Shown here one piece after another: positions 1-11,760 of a stretch of DNA of 64,000 bases (position 1 is the first letter of the stretch; the number at the start of each line of letters is the position of its first letter). The stretch is from Stylophora pistillata (lineage: Eukaryota). A model generated the notes under the pieces. The model saw nothing but the letters and a program-made list of their open reading frames with translations, searched no databases and was not told the DNA's origin. The position numbers were made by a program, and so were the translations under genes. The stretch is taken from contig NW_019217786.1 of assembly GCF_002571385.2 (NCBI RefSeq), forward strand, positions 1,203,021-1,267,020, read 5' to 3'.

Positions 1-93
1 CGCATGAATAAATATTTGATTGATCTGCATTTAGTGGGTTTTGACTGTTTTTCAACTGGCGTACGGCAGAAAATTTAGTGGTGAACAATAAAG

Positions 94-277
94 ACAATAG
101 AGTGTTTATGTCTCGGAACTATCGGTCTGACAGTTGCCCCTTAGAAATTTGATGTTCTTAAAACTAGCATATTTGCCCTCGAAGCTTCGCTTCTCGGGAA
201 AATATTTGTTTCAAGAACATCAAATTTCCGCGGGGCAACTATCAGCCGATAGTTCCTCGACAGAAACACTCTATCGT
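94..277. repeat. Imperfect foldback (palindromic) repeat element, ~180 bp
   Basis: Left arm aatagagtgtttatgtctcggaactatcgg...gaaatttgatgttctt is near-complementary to right arm aagaacatcaaatttc...ccgatagttcctcgacagaaacactctat, centred on gaagcttcgcttc. Confidence 0.85.
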
Positions 278-424
278 TTGACTGGTAAGCTCCGAAATTC
301 CAATTGAACAAATGTGTACCCCGCTTCCTCTTAAAGAATCATTTCTTCGGCCTTACTCTAAAATCAACCAAGTGGGCCTCCCTGAAACTACTGATAATCC
401 AAGATATGACAACCTAGAGAGTCA

Positions 425-786
425 GTTTGTTTATTTACTTATTTATTTGCAATATTGAGACAGCCTGGCCCTGATCAGCTCTGAAGGGTTCCTATATAAA
501 CAATAACAAGGCCAGACCAAAACGTCAGGAGCTACTTTCCTTACTCTTTGGGAGAAGAACGGGGGTTCTTTAACGTCCCCTACTAACCATCACAGAGAGG
601 ATGCAAGAGAAGGGGCTACAGTTTATCGTCCTTATCCGAGAAGACTAGAATATGAAACCATTTTTGGATGTCATAGCAAAGGCAGCACATTCTCCTCAGT
701 TATTAGCATACCCTGACGATTGGCCAGTTGAACCCTCAACCTCCGGCAGAGCAGTTCCGTGCTCTACGACATGAGCTAACCAAGCG
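425..786 (-). mobile_element. tRNA-derived SINE (degenerate, near full length)
   Basis: Minus strand begins ggttagctcatgtcgtagagc...gagggttcaact (A/B-box-like head), has body ataactgaggagaatgtgctgcc...tctcggataaggacgataaac and an (aaat)n-like tail. A similar head occurs at 49663-49725. Confidence 0.75.
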
Positions 787-922
787 AACACTCATATACC
801 GAACTTACCACTCAAGCACGGGCACCTTAAATAAATCCCTTTGTAACGAAGTCTTAATTTGTTGATATAAATGTTGTTCAGCCGTATTAAAGTCGAAGTT
901 AACATTAACGCTATTTTAACAG

Positions 923-1081
923 AATTCAGCCCACGCAAAAGTTGTTGCAATCGGTATTACTTCAGAAGTGGATCTAGCAGAACTTATAATGATGGCTGGA
1001 GAAGATCATTATGTGTTTGTGGACAAATTTGAAGATCTCTCCGACCATATTCGAGAAGTGCTGGACAAAGTGTGCGATTAG
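923..1081 (+). CDS. Terminal coding exon of a von Willebrand factor A (VWA) domain gene; upstream exons lie outside the window
   Basis: Acceptor ttttaacag| then NSAHAKVVAIGITSEVDLAELIMMAGEDHYVFVDKFEDLSDHIREVLDKVCD*. This is a typical VWA C-terminus (xxAIGI, ELxxxA, final helix ending in Cys). Not in the ORF track. Confidence 0.8.
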   Translation, partial: NSAHAKVVAIGITSEVDLAELIMMAGEDHYVFVDKFEDLSDHIREVLDKVCD

Positions 1082-3349
1082 AGAGACAGGTATTACAATT
1101 ACATTTTCTTGGTTTGTGGCACGTTAAGTTGAAACTTATATACAAAGGCGGGCGGTTTAGCGCACTGGAACACGATGAGTTGCAAGAACACGTAGCGGGA
1201 AATTTTACTCTGCGCGCGTTGGCGATTTTGTGTGTTGCGGAAACGAATTATTGCAGTTCCAGGTTAATTAAGTTCTTCCTAAAAACTAACTCTTGCGATC
1301 TTCTGTTAATGAAGAAAACACTAACACAAAAAATGGCAATGTTTAAAAATTTCCTTTCTTCACAAGTTATTCTGAACGGAGTAAAACGCATTTTACTTCG
1401 CGGCTCTGCGGGATACTGTCTTAGCGGATCGTGGACATGCCTAAAACATTGGAACCCGCAAAATTTTCATCCGACTCGGTAGGCAAGGATTTCAATGCAT
1501 GAGGAAACTCAAGGGGGTTGAAAATGTTTTTTCGTATTTTAACAACTGCCGCGGAAATTCTTTGATGGGTCGACACTACCACACTTTTCATTTGTTTCCA
1601 AGAATTTCCTAGTTTTGAGATTTTTAAGGGGCATAAAAGGTTGCCATAGAAGCACTCTTAACCCCTATGGAACGCACTTGACCTAAATTAAAAAATATTC
1701 TGTCCTGCGACGTGGGGTAATCACGCATGTAACCCAGTTGCTTCACATGAATCTTCAAGTTCGATACTACTGTTATAAATTATTTAAAATTTTATAAACA
1801 GTTAATAAATTAACGTTTTCTCAGTAATGTCATTGTTGTAATTAATATCGGAATTTAAAGTTTTGGTAATTAATAACGTAAAGTACTGTTAGCATTGTAT
1901 GTAACGTTTTATCATGTTGGGCTTTGTAGTGCAAGTAATAAGTGCATATAAATAAAAAATGCTGTTAAATTTAGAAAACCTCAACAGATCAGGCAAGCAA
2001 TGTATTAACAACCTCTTTTCATTATTTTGCAGACATTTTTCCATGAATGATGACATAACAGTGTCAGAATTAAGGAAGACAAGAATTTTCATTGAAATTA
2101 GGGACAGAGGAAATGGGAACCTATATATCAATTTTAAAATGGGCACATTGACTATTTATCATATAAAGAAAGTCAAGTATAATTAAACTACAGTAATCAT
2201 TGAAGCATGTTCATGGAGCAGTAATATAATACATGAGAGATTGTGATAAATTGCTTTTTAAATACATTATTCATTGGCTCAAAATCTGCACAAGTCAAAT
2301 CTTTTATTGAATATTATTAACACTCATTAAAAATGAATAATCCTTTAATGTACACTGTAATCAGTAGTACTTAAATATTGCAACACAACTAATATCTTAT
2401 TTGACAAAGAGTATTTACCCAAATATTCAGGTTAGGAAAAATTCTAGTTCTAGCTTCCACAACACAACTTATAAATTTCTTCAGTGTCAGTGACCTTAAT
2501 GTGATTAAAATACAATGTAATATTCTAATTTACATGAGGAAAAAGTAACCAGCCTTCTCCTCACATAACAACCTTATGCTATAATTTACTGGTTAAATCA
2601 TTTCACTTAAATATATCAGAATGAAAAAAATTATGACCTAAATTCCACAACACCAGCATGGAATACCCTTCTGTATCAGAGGCAAAACAAATTAAACATC
2701 AACCAGGTATCCAAAGGCAGTCAAGATTATACCTTTTAAATTCTAATCCAAACTGCACTCAGTGCTGTTCCATTCTTTAACAAGATTTGAGCATGACTCA
2801 GTAAAAGATGATCCTTTGGCTCCTCTGTAACTTCTCACTTACACCTACATGTAAACCTTCTGAAATTAAAGTCTTAACTTAAGAGCCTCTTGAACCTTGT
2901 TCGCTTATTAATAAATGATAAACACCACAGCGCACACCATTGACTTGTGGATGCATCCAGGAGGTTGGTAAGCACAAAAGAACGTTAACAGTTGCGTGAG
3001 TACTAAGCAAACCTCCTAAGTGCATCCATAACTCAATAGTGTACACTGTGGCATTTACAATTTGTTTTATAACAAACATTGAAATATTGCAGCAAAAGAG
3101 TTTTCTTTTATTTAACAAATCTTACATGACCAGAAAAGACAAGTGCATGTGGAAAACTAGTCTTCGCATTTGCTCATGTCAGCAATGTACACCCGTGGGT
3201 AGATGATGGATGCTGAATTGACCAATCAGATCATGTGCTTTACTTTGGTTATGTTATAATAACTTATCCAATTTAAAATGTCAACTATTGTCTACCACAT
3301 GCCCACAATACACTTTAAGCAATGTAACAAAAAAAAAGTCAATCTAAAA

Positions 3350-4906
3350 TCAAAGTTCATCTCCAGAATCTAAATTTATCTCCTTCATCTCTGCATCCCA
3401 AGTACTGTCATTTTGGGAATCATTCTGAAAGCCTGAATAATGCACTTGTGATTTCCACTTAGTCAACCTCTGTGAAAGAGCAAACAGCAAGCCTGTGATA
3501 GCACTTGTTACTGCCAGACTTCTAAAAAGAATTCTTGGTCCATAACTATCATAAATGGCCCCTCCACCAAAGCCTGCAATAAGTTTTCCTAGACCAAAAT
3601 GTGTTGCCATAACCAAACTCATGACTGTTGCACGCATTCCCTCAGGTGAAATAAGACCACCATAGGATGTTGTAGCAGCCCACATTGCTCCAAAAGTAAC
3701 ACCGTGTAGAGGTTCAACAGCCAATATATACCAGGCATTGTGAATAAATGAGTATAACACATATCTAATGGTATAGCAAACAAATGTCAAGTATAGGACA
3801 CCATGATGGCCAATACGATCAATTAACTTCCCAGAAAAAAACATAACAGGGACCTCTGAGACACATGTCATGCAAAGAGTAAGGCCCATTAACAAATGGC
3901 TTCCATTCATGTCTTGAATAAACCAAAACAAAAATGTGCCAATCGTTGAAAAACTTGCTCCCATGATGAGGATTGCCAACAAAAATGTGACAATGCAACA
4001 GTCAGAGAGAATGATACACACATTCTGGAAAATCTTGGGCTTGGATTCACCCTCTAAATATTCCAGTGGCAACTTAATTACTGTTATGAAAGCTGCAATG
4101 TTGAACAACAAAAAACCACAGAATGCTATGAAAAACTGACTCTGATTTGAATTCTGGGCAGACTGATCAATTGTGAACCCTGACAAAATTGCAATACTTC
4201 CCCATCCGACAGCACCCCACAGTCTTTGCTTGCCATAGTCACCACTTCTGCCAATATCTGTCAAGTATTTAACCGTGGCCGCATCAGCCAAGGAATTCGA
4301 GCCATCGAATAATGACCATACAAAGGAAAGAACAATAATAAGAAGAAATACATCGTGGTTGTCCCCACTTCCTACAGTTTTGGCGATATCCGTCGTATTT
4401 CCACCTAAGTCATCTGTACAGTTTTTTTCTGCAAAAGACGATGAGTCGTTATCTGGATTTATAGACGACAATTTTTCAATTGCAACCTTTTCCTTTCCAG
4501 TTATGTTCAAGAATGAGTGATTACTACAAAAGTTTGTTGCCGTGTTTAGTTCTTCGTTGGGCCGAACAAACACCAAAGAAAATTGAAGAGCAGTTGTAAC
4601 GATACACATGATTAACATAGCAATCCTGTGTTTTCGATATTTGTCCGCTAAAGCGCCAGCGATGGGTGTTCCAATGAAATTCGCCAGTGGTTGTAGTCCG
4701 ATTACAAAGCCGGTCTGTTCAGCTGATAGTCCCACGTGGCGTAGAAACACAGGAAAGAATGGCTGGATACAAGCTTTCGCACTAAACGCAAAAAAGTAGT
4801 AAAGCTTTAGTACCAAAAGATCCTTGTTAATCCGGAAAAGGCGCCCCAGATCTAACTTATTTTGTGTTCGAATTCCATAGTGTTTTTCCTCCTCTAATCC
4901 TTCCAT
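3350..4906 (-). CDS. MFSD6: Major facilitator superfamily domain-containing protein 6-like transporter, single exon, 518 aa
   Basis: About 12 hydrophobic segments with motifs GALADKYRKHR, DYGKQRLWGAVGWG, SEVPVMFFSG and EPLHGVTF typical of the MFSD6/MFS_1_like family. Confidence 0.88.
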   Translation of the reverse strand: MEGLEEEKHYGIRTQNKLDLGRLFRINKDLLVLKLYYFFAFSAKACIQPFFPVFLRHVGLSAEQTGFVIGLQPLANFIGTPIAGALADKYRKHRIAMLIMCIVTTALQFSLVFVRPNEELNTATNFCSNHSFLNITGKEKVAIEKLSSINPDNDSSSFAEKNCTDDLGGNTTDIAKTVGSGDNHDVFLLIIVLSFVWSLFDGSNSLADAATVKYLTDIGRSGDYGKQRLWGAVGWGSIAILSGFTIDQSAQNSNQSQFFIAFCGFLLFNIAAFITVIKLPLEYLEGESKPKIFQNVCIILSDCCIVTFLLAILIMGASFSTIGTFLFWFIQDMNGSHLLMGLTLCMTCVSEVPVMFFSGKLIDRIGHHGVLYLTFVCYTIRYVLYSFIHNAWYILAVEPLHGVTFGAMWAATTSYGGLISPEGMRATVMSLVMATHFGLGKLIAGFGGGAIYDSYGPRILFRSLAVTSAITGLLFALSQRLTKWKSQVHYSGFQNDSQNDSTWDAEMKEINLDSGDEL

Positions 4907-5695
4907 TCTGCCGTTAGTAATTTGTCCTCCATCGATGGCCCTGTTGGTTTTTGTTCACCCGACTATTACCAGGCGTTGCAAGTTGGAGTTGTTTTTGTGT
5001 TCAGGCCCTCGCGGGTACCGTTGCAAGCGTTGTGAAGGAGCACACTTATTCAGCTACGCAGGAAAACACAATGTTTGTCCTTAAAATGTCGTTTCAAGGG
5101 TGTCATTGGGCGAGAGTTCATGGTTTTCTGCTACCTCAGGTTATTATAAGAAGGCACGTCTTGTTGCATTGATCGTTGATTTCCAAGTGAATAATTCGGA
5201 TTATATTTTTGAGTGAGTCAGGACTACACAGTCTACATTATGTACTTCCGGTTCAAGTTAGTCCGAATGGAGAATTCAAGCAATCGCGCCAAAACTCTTG
5301 GTATTCAGTTTAGCCGGTTTCAGTACAATCAGACAATGACACAAGAACCGAAAAAAAAATGGAGTCCACCTTCTCCCAGACAAAGAAGTTTGGGATAACT
5401 GTTTCAGTTTTAGGATAACTGTTTCAGTCTTTCCTTTCGGAAGAAGATAGCAGGATCTTAGCTTTAGTCTTGGCCCTGCATTTCAATTGAGAATCTTCTA
5501 TCTGCCTGCAAGGACTAGATTACGCCAGTTTATTTCACTGAGACAATGTGCGAATACAAAGTTATCATGGGAGTTAAACGGGGCATGGTGAAGAGGGTCG
5601 TAATAGGGACACCTGCATTTAAAGAGTACACGCTGAGGTCCTCTCATATCCCGCTCTCCCACCATTTTAAATCCCACGATGCCGTCGTAACTTTC

Positions 5696-5830
5696 TAAGC
5701 AGTCAGGACGGCAACGCCAGGGAAGACGTCGATTAAAAAATGAGTTTCTACTTTTAGTTAGAATTTCGAAAATGGCTGCATGTGTTTACCGTCTCATAGG
5801 GCGCTAGACCTCGAACTCAATATAACGCGT
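5696..5830 (+). mobile_element. Left part of a MITE of the same family as 25515-25873, cut by an N gap
   Basis: taagcagtcaggacggcaacgccagggaagacgtcgattaaaaaatgagtttctac aligns with 25522-25580. Confidence 0.7.
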
Positions 5831-6791
5831 NNNNNNNNNNNNNNNNNNNNNNNNNNNNNNNNNNNNNNNNNNNNNNNNNNNNNNNNNNNNNNNNNNNNNN
5901 NNNNNNNNNNNNNNNNNNNNNNNNNNNNNNNNNNNNNNNNNNNNNNNNNNNNNNNNNNNGTACTGTTGTTGTATTTCAGACTGCTGTTGCTCTCAGGCAT
6001 TGAAGAGCTCTTTAAAAATTGTAAAATGAATCAAAGAGCTTGGGTTATTGAACAGAAACGACAAACAAAACAATTTGCTTCTTTTAAAGAGAGAACTTTA
6101 TTTGAAAGTGGTAGATAAAGCAGGTTCGGGGCCCACGTGAAATGAAAACGAGAGTAGTCTATTGCAACACTCTGCTATCATTGACTTCGCGCATGATTAA
6201 TACTCTTCAATTGGCCTAACATGACATATTTCAGAGTTCCTGCTCAATTCGACTTCATAAAAGTTATTTTTGAAGAGCATTATTACGAATCTATAAAGTT
6301 GAGTAAATATACCCAGTACATCATACATGATTTTTTCGTCCAAGCAATACTTGGATTTGTCAAATATCATAATGATAAATAATTCTTTTTCCAGCGTTCC
6401 AGTTTGTAACAGGTCCAAAGTGATGTTCCTAAAGACACGTTAAAGGCTAATGAAGCCTACATTATCCTTAAAAGATCTAATGCAGTGTTAGCTTTCTGAT
6501 ATAAATACTAAACTTATCTCAGCTACTTTCTCCGCCAAACATGTAATGATATAAATCAAGTATAGCGCAGGCCATTTCTGACAACTTTTTGAACACTTTT
6601 AATCTACAATTTTCCTATCAGGAGGAATGAGTGGTGTTGTTAGAGAAACAGTCTCGAACGAAAACTTCTACAAACTCACTCTTGCAACATTCGAAGCAAG
6701 AACAAACATAATCATATGTGTTCTAGGTCGTTTCGCGTCGTTTTATCGAATAATAAGCCAAGCTGAGTTACTTCTATAAATCTTTTCATGG

Positions 6792-6856
6792 TCAGCCGTG
6801 GCAAATTAAGTTGATCACTTTTTTGAGCTCGTTGCTAACGCCGCTGCTGCAGCCGC

Positions 6857-6888
<32 letters not shown>

Positions 6889-9800
6889 CGGCGACGTCGA
6901 CGCCGACGGCGGTCATCACACTCGTCCTCATCATCATCACGACGACGACGTTTGCGGTCATCTCCGTCATCATCATCATCGTCCTCACAGCACTTGCCTC
7001 CTGAACTGGTCTCGAACGTCAGAATAAGATCGCGATCATTTCGCCCGGTAAGTACTCGAAGCCCAAGAACGTTAACGGAGCCAGCTTCACCTATACCTAA
7101 GCCGATAACTCTGGCATTGAATGTCTGGGAGAAATTAAAAAGAAATAATTTTAAACCTTAAGAACTTAGAACAAGTTTTTGTTGATCAAAAACAGAAATC
7201 TCACCCTGACTAACAATAACTCAGAATGTAAATTTCCTGAAGCACTGGAAGGCGCGTTTGATCAATTTTCTCATTGTTTTGATTGCGCATTTGATAGGAG
7301 GTGATGCGAGTTTTTACATTAATGTAGTCCCGCATTATTCTTGACAGTCGGTTGAAAATTGCTTCCTACAATTAAGGGCAAATCGACATGCTATAGACAG
7401 TGACTGAACTTGTGATCATTACACTTTATCGTCCTACAGTGTTGAACGGTAGTGTAACGTGTAACAGTTGAAGTTCTGCGATCAACAATTAACAGCCATG
7501 ATCACGCCATGAAAGGCAATCAGGAGTCTGAGTCCCACATATTCTTCGGGCTTGGAGTTCAAAGTCGAGAGCTCTGATCCTTTTTTAGAGTCATCCTTGT
7601 TCTTAGTCTCTCTCCCGATTCCCTCTCTTGGGAACGAGGTTGCATCAAATAAAATTTGAAATTTATAGTTTGAAATAAACTTAAATTTGAAATTAAATTG
7701 AATTTTAAAATATGAAGCGATAATGAAGTCCGGAATCTGAACGGGTGCACTAAGGAATTACCTAATATACGATTTGTAGTGTTACGACAGAGAAAGTAAA
7801 CACTACAGTCATGATATTACTAATCATTTCCTCCAATATACTCACCGAGACATTTCTCAATTCCTGTGCTGGCAGAACAAGTGAATCAGTTCCACCAAAA
7901 TTCACACCATCAGTTACAAACACGACTACTTTTTGTGCGTTATCGCGGTTTGCGGAGCTAAGTAAATTCTTGGCTTCTTCTATTGCCGTATTTATCACTG
8001 TAGCTCCGGCAGTAAATTGTAAGCTGTTTATCTGTCTCTTAATCTCAGATCGAACTCTTGTTACTCTATCACTGAAGCTTGATGTTAGACTATTTATCTG
8101 GTCATCAAAGGCAAAGACGATGACCCGTGCGCCATTTGTTTTGGAGATTTTGATGTTATCCACTAACGTTGACAGAAATGTCTGTAGTTGTCTAAATTGG
8201 TTGTCGTTCATGCTGCCAGACACATCTGCTGCTATTACGATGTCTAACTTCTTACTGCATAAATATGCTGGGAAAGGAAAGAAAAGGAAAGGATAAATAA
8301 GTTATTTCAACTAGAAAAATTAATCACAATGGCAAATAGAGCTCAAAACATGAAGAAAGTGGGCCCGCTTCAAAACCATATCTTTCCACCTACTTGTAGA
8401 TTTAAAAGAGCTTTATTTTCCTGTTGATAGATATTAATTTTCGCCAGTCTAAGAAGCACCAGAAGTCGCTACCTTAACGAGTTCATCACATATAAAGCAG
8501 TTTTCAAATGAGTTTCGAAAACCTAAACCAAAACAATCACAGCGGCCAATAACAAGAAAAGTTTACATTATCCTTAACAATTAGAACTCGAAGGAGAAAA
8601 CCGGCAACCTGATTAATATTAGTCGTTTGAAACGAGCTTTATATCTGATTGGCTGAGAAGTAGGCGCGAGTTTTCTTGACCAATCACAGAGTGAAGTAAA
8701 GTAAAATAAAGTTTTCCAGAATAACTTTCGATACTCAACTGAAAACTTCTTTTTCTGTCTATTTAAATCAGTTTTCAGTACGTGGCCAGGGGAAAAATGT
8801 TTTTCTCCAGAGCTGAAATCGTAAACGGGTTTTGTCATAATTGAGGCAAGGCAAAGGAACTTGTGTTACGAAATGAGACATTTCAGCTTTCAAATTTGCT
8901 TTTTTTACTTCATAAAAAAGAAAGAAATTACGAAATTGAACAACAGACAGATCATCTTTTTACTGGCACCAAATCTTCGCTATCTCAGATTATAAAAACA
9001 CCAGCGATGTCTGTTTTACTGATGTCATGGAAGAGAGGTTTGACCTTTTCGCTCATAAGTTATACTGCTTACTGTCTGCCATACAATTCTTATGATATTA
9101 GATTGGAGAATTTGGTATTGGATCATTACCAAGCTTATCTGCTTCACATTTTATTGAAGGAGAAAATCTGTCTCGGTTACTCATGGGAGTTAAAAGGTTT
9201 ATAATAGTTCTGACGTAGAAGACTGCACAAAAATATGCGAGGCTCGAACAACTTGAACAATATAAGGCAATTCAAGCATCAAGGATAGCGAATAGTGAAC
9301 TTTTTTTTCTTAAATCAACCCCTTTCAGATGACGATAGTTTTATATCGCGATAATTTTCTTGAAAATTTCGACTACCACTGACGCTGATTCAATTAATAT
9401 TGCCAAGCGATCTTTCGAATTCGCTCACAGGAAGAAAATTTCAGAGCCAATAAATTTGCACGTGACCATGTTTTGTTCGCAATCAAATATTTTTAATTAC
9501 AATAATATAAGACCTTTTTGAAAGAATAGCACGGCTCATCTGATGATTTCTCGATGCCTTTTAAAAATATTTTCTTTGGTGTAGAAAAAGATTATCAGGG
9601 AGAAAAATGTTGCCGATCAGTATAATAGCGTCCACAAATAAGTTGTTCTACTAGAATGTATCTAAGTCTTGTAATACTGAGGGCAAGCGTAATATCTGAC
9701 TGCGTGCATTTTAACACTTATCACTACAGCTCCAACGAAATAGAGCGTGCAGTACTTTTCACGACCGACTTATTTCATATTCATACACTGAAAATGTACT

Positions 9801-11760
9801 TATTTCAATTGAAACATGAATTTATCGAACATATAGCGAGTATATATGTTATACTGTCATTCGGCTGATGATGAAAAAAAAACTGTTTGAAATCAATTTT
9901 AAAATTAACTGCTAGTAACTTGATTGGTAATAGGACAGAAATTATCTGACAGAGAAAAAAACTACCTGATGAAAAATGGGAATTATTTTGATCACAGAAT
10001 AACTTTTTTAAGGCTTCCAAGTTTTTGTTTGTTATCATATTGTTTAGGGTTTGGGTAAGCTACATCATTTTAGTTTCCACTTATAAAAAATCAGCTTGTG
10101 TTCGCGCATCCTTCTACTGATGAATAGCAACTTCCTTTATCAACGATTGATTACACGACATTCCATGCACTAAATGACCTTCCAATACATCTTTAAGCTT
10201 TCTAGTTTCCAGCTGCATACCAAAATGTGTATCATCATTTGTTTTTTTCCTTGTCACGTGAAGCTTTGACCGGGCTTCGGGATTGCATTTCTGACAAGTG
10301 AATGAGTCATGACTGTGGTTTACCGCGGTACTTCTGTTGAAAATAAGCTCAGCTTTTTCGTTCCTGCGGTGGTTCTAAATCGAGCTACAACAATTGAAGG
10401 AATTTTTCACCCCTAAATATTGACAGGAAACACTCGTCTATTTTTTATAGCAATCAGACAAAACTATATGGGTTTAATCACTGAAGCGACATCCCAGAAG
10501 TTTCCAAAACCACCAACGAAAGAAAAGTTAATCTGACCACTCAATGACTTTATAATTGAATGCTCTTTCAACTTGTCGAACGTTTTAACCTGATTGAAGT
10601 AATGCTGCAAAAAAATCGTTTCAACTAAATATCACTAATTGATGTTAAGACTCCAAAAATGCACCAAAACGCACAGGCATTTGTTGTTTTTAAGAAAAAT
10701 CTTCTTTGGGGGATATTTTTGTTGGAAAGACATTTGATATTAGCGCCCTTCATGGCTGAGCAATACAGCTTTTAGAAGTCTGTTTATTTCGTTGTTATTT
10801 TTAGGTTTATCATATCTTCCGAGGAAGGATAAAGAAGGTTGCCAAGCTTTTGTGGTATTCTCTAGAGAGAGGGGCATCAATTTGTTGCGAGATTCAGTTT
10901 CCGAAATTTGGCCGCGAAAGTCCATGAAGGTCAATTAGATTGAAAAGACGATATCAAGACAACTTTCGTGAGTTGATTAATGAAAGACTGATTTCATTCT
11001 GGAATAAAATATTTGCCTCATTGCAGGAACTGAACCAATCACCCAATAGTTCTAATTTTTATCAAAAACCTCAATACTAAGAAAGAAACCGACACCTGAA
11101 GATAGTTTATGGCACTAAGAGAAAAGTTTTCACACAATTTGAGACCGAACGAAATCTCCAACACGAGTGCAGTGATCATCTCTCATCCTGAATTTATTGT
11201 AGACGTTTTCAATTTGCGCCTTTACAAAAACACTTGAAGCTAAAAAAGGCTTTGCACTGATTATAATTCTCTTATCTAAGCGATCAATGATAAATTTAAT
11301 TTGTTATTTCAGTTGCCCCGCCGACGCTAAAACAGTTACTTTAGAAACTCAAATTCTCACCGCATATTTAGTTTGTTCTTATGGTGGTAATATCCTTGAA
11401 TAAATACGACTTTGAAATTTAACTTTAACACCAATCCAGTTTCCATTAACTGGCAAAGACAGCTTGATAGAAAGCCAAAAAACTTACGAGTAAAAGAACC
11501 GACTAAAAGAACCCAGAAATAGGATAAAAATACGAAAACTATAACTTTTATCAAAGCACGTACTCACCCTCTGCTTCTCCACTAACACACAAAACCACAA
11601 GAACAAGAGCAGCGCCTACAACTTGAGGGTTAAGAAAACAGAAAGGCGTTAAAATCATTTACGAAAAACATGCTTTTTACGCCCTGTATATACAGCTTGT
11701 TTATAAATCCTGGCGAGTTCTCCTGCGATACATAAAAAACATCTTACTTTTCCTCGCCAT
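6792..11760 (-). CDS. Secreted single-VWA-domain protein (~273 aa) with alternating poly-Asp/poly-Arg insert
   Basis: Exons 11760-11748, 11621-11568, 8267-7846 and 7124-6792 with GT-AG sites and matching phases (1,1,0). Signal peptide MARKIVGAALVLVVLCVSGEAEA; MIDAS DVSGS...T...TDG; C-terminus CCEDDDDDDGDDRKRRRRDDDEDECDDRRRRRRRRDDDDDDDDDDGGC...LICHG*. Confidence 0.85.
8492..8750. repeat. Degenerate MITE-like dispersed repeat in VWA intron
   Basis: Approximately inverted ends gcagttttcaaatgagtttcgaaa / tttcgatactcaactgaaaact, with internal ccaatca/tgattgg motifs. Confidence 0.5.

Noticed and set aside
1072-1482. 136-aa plus-strand ORF
   Set aside because: Lies in the VWA 3' region over a decayed MITE-like repeat, has a non-ATG start and shows no domain signature.
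6811-7161. Plus-strand Ser/Arg-rich ORF resembling an SR protein
   Set aside because: Antisense shadow of the minus-strand VWA terminal exon, which has a proper acceptor and completes the domain.
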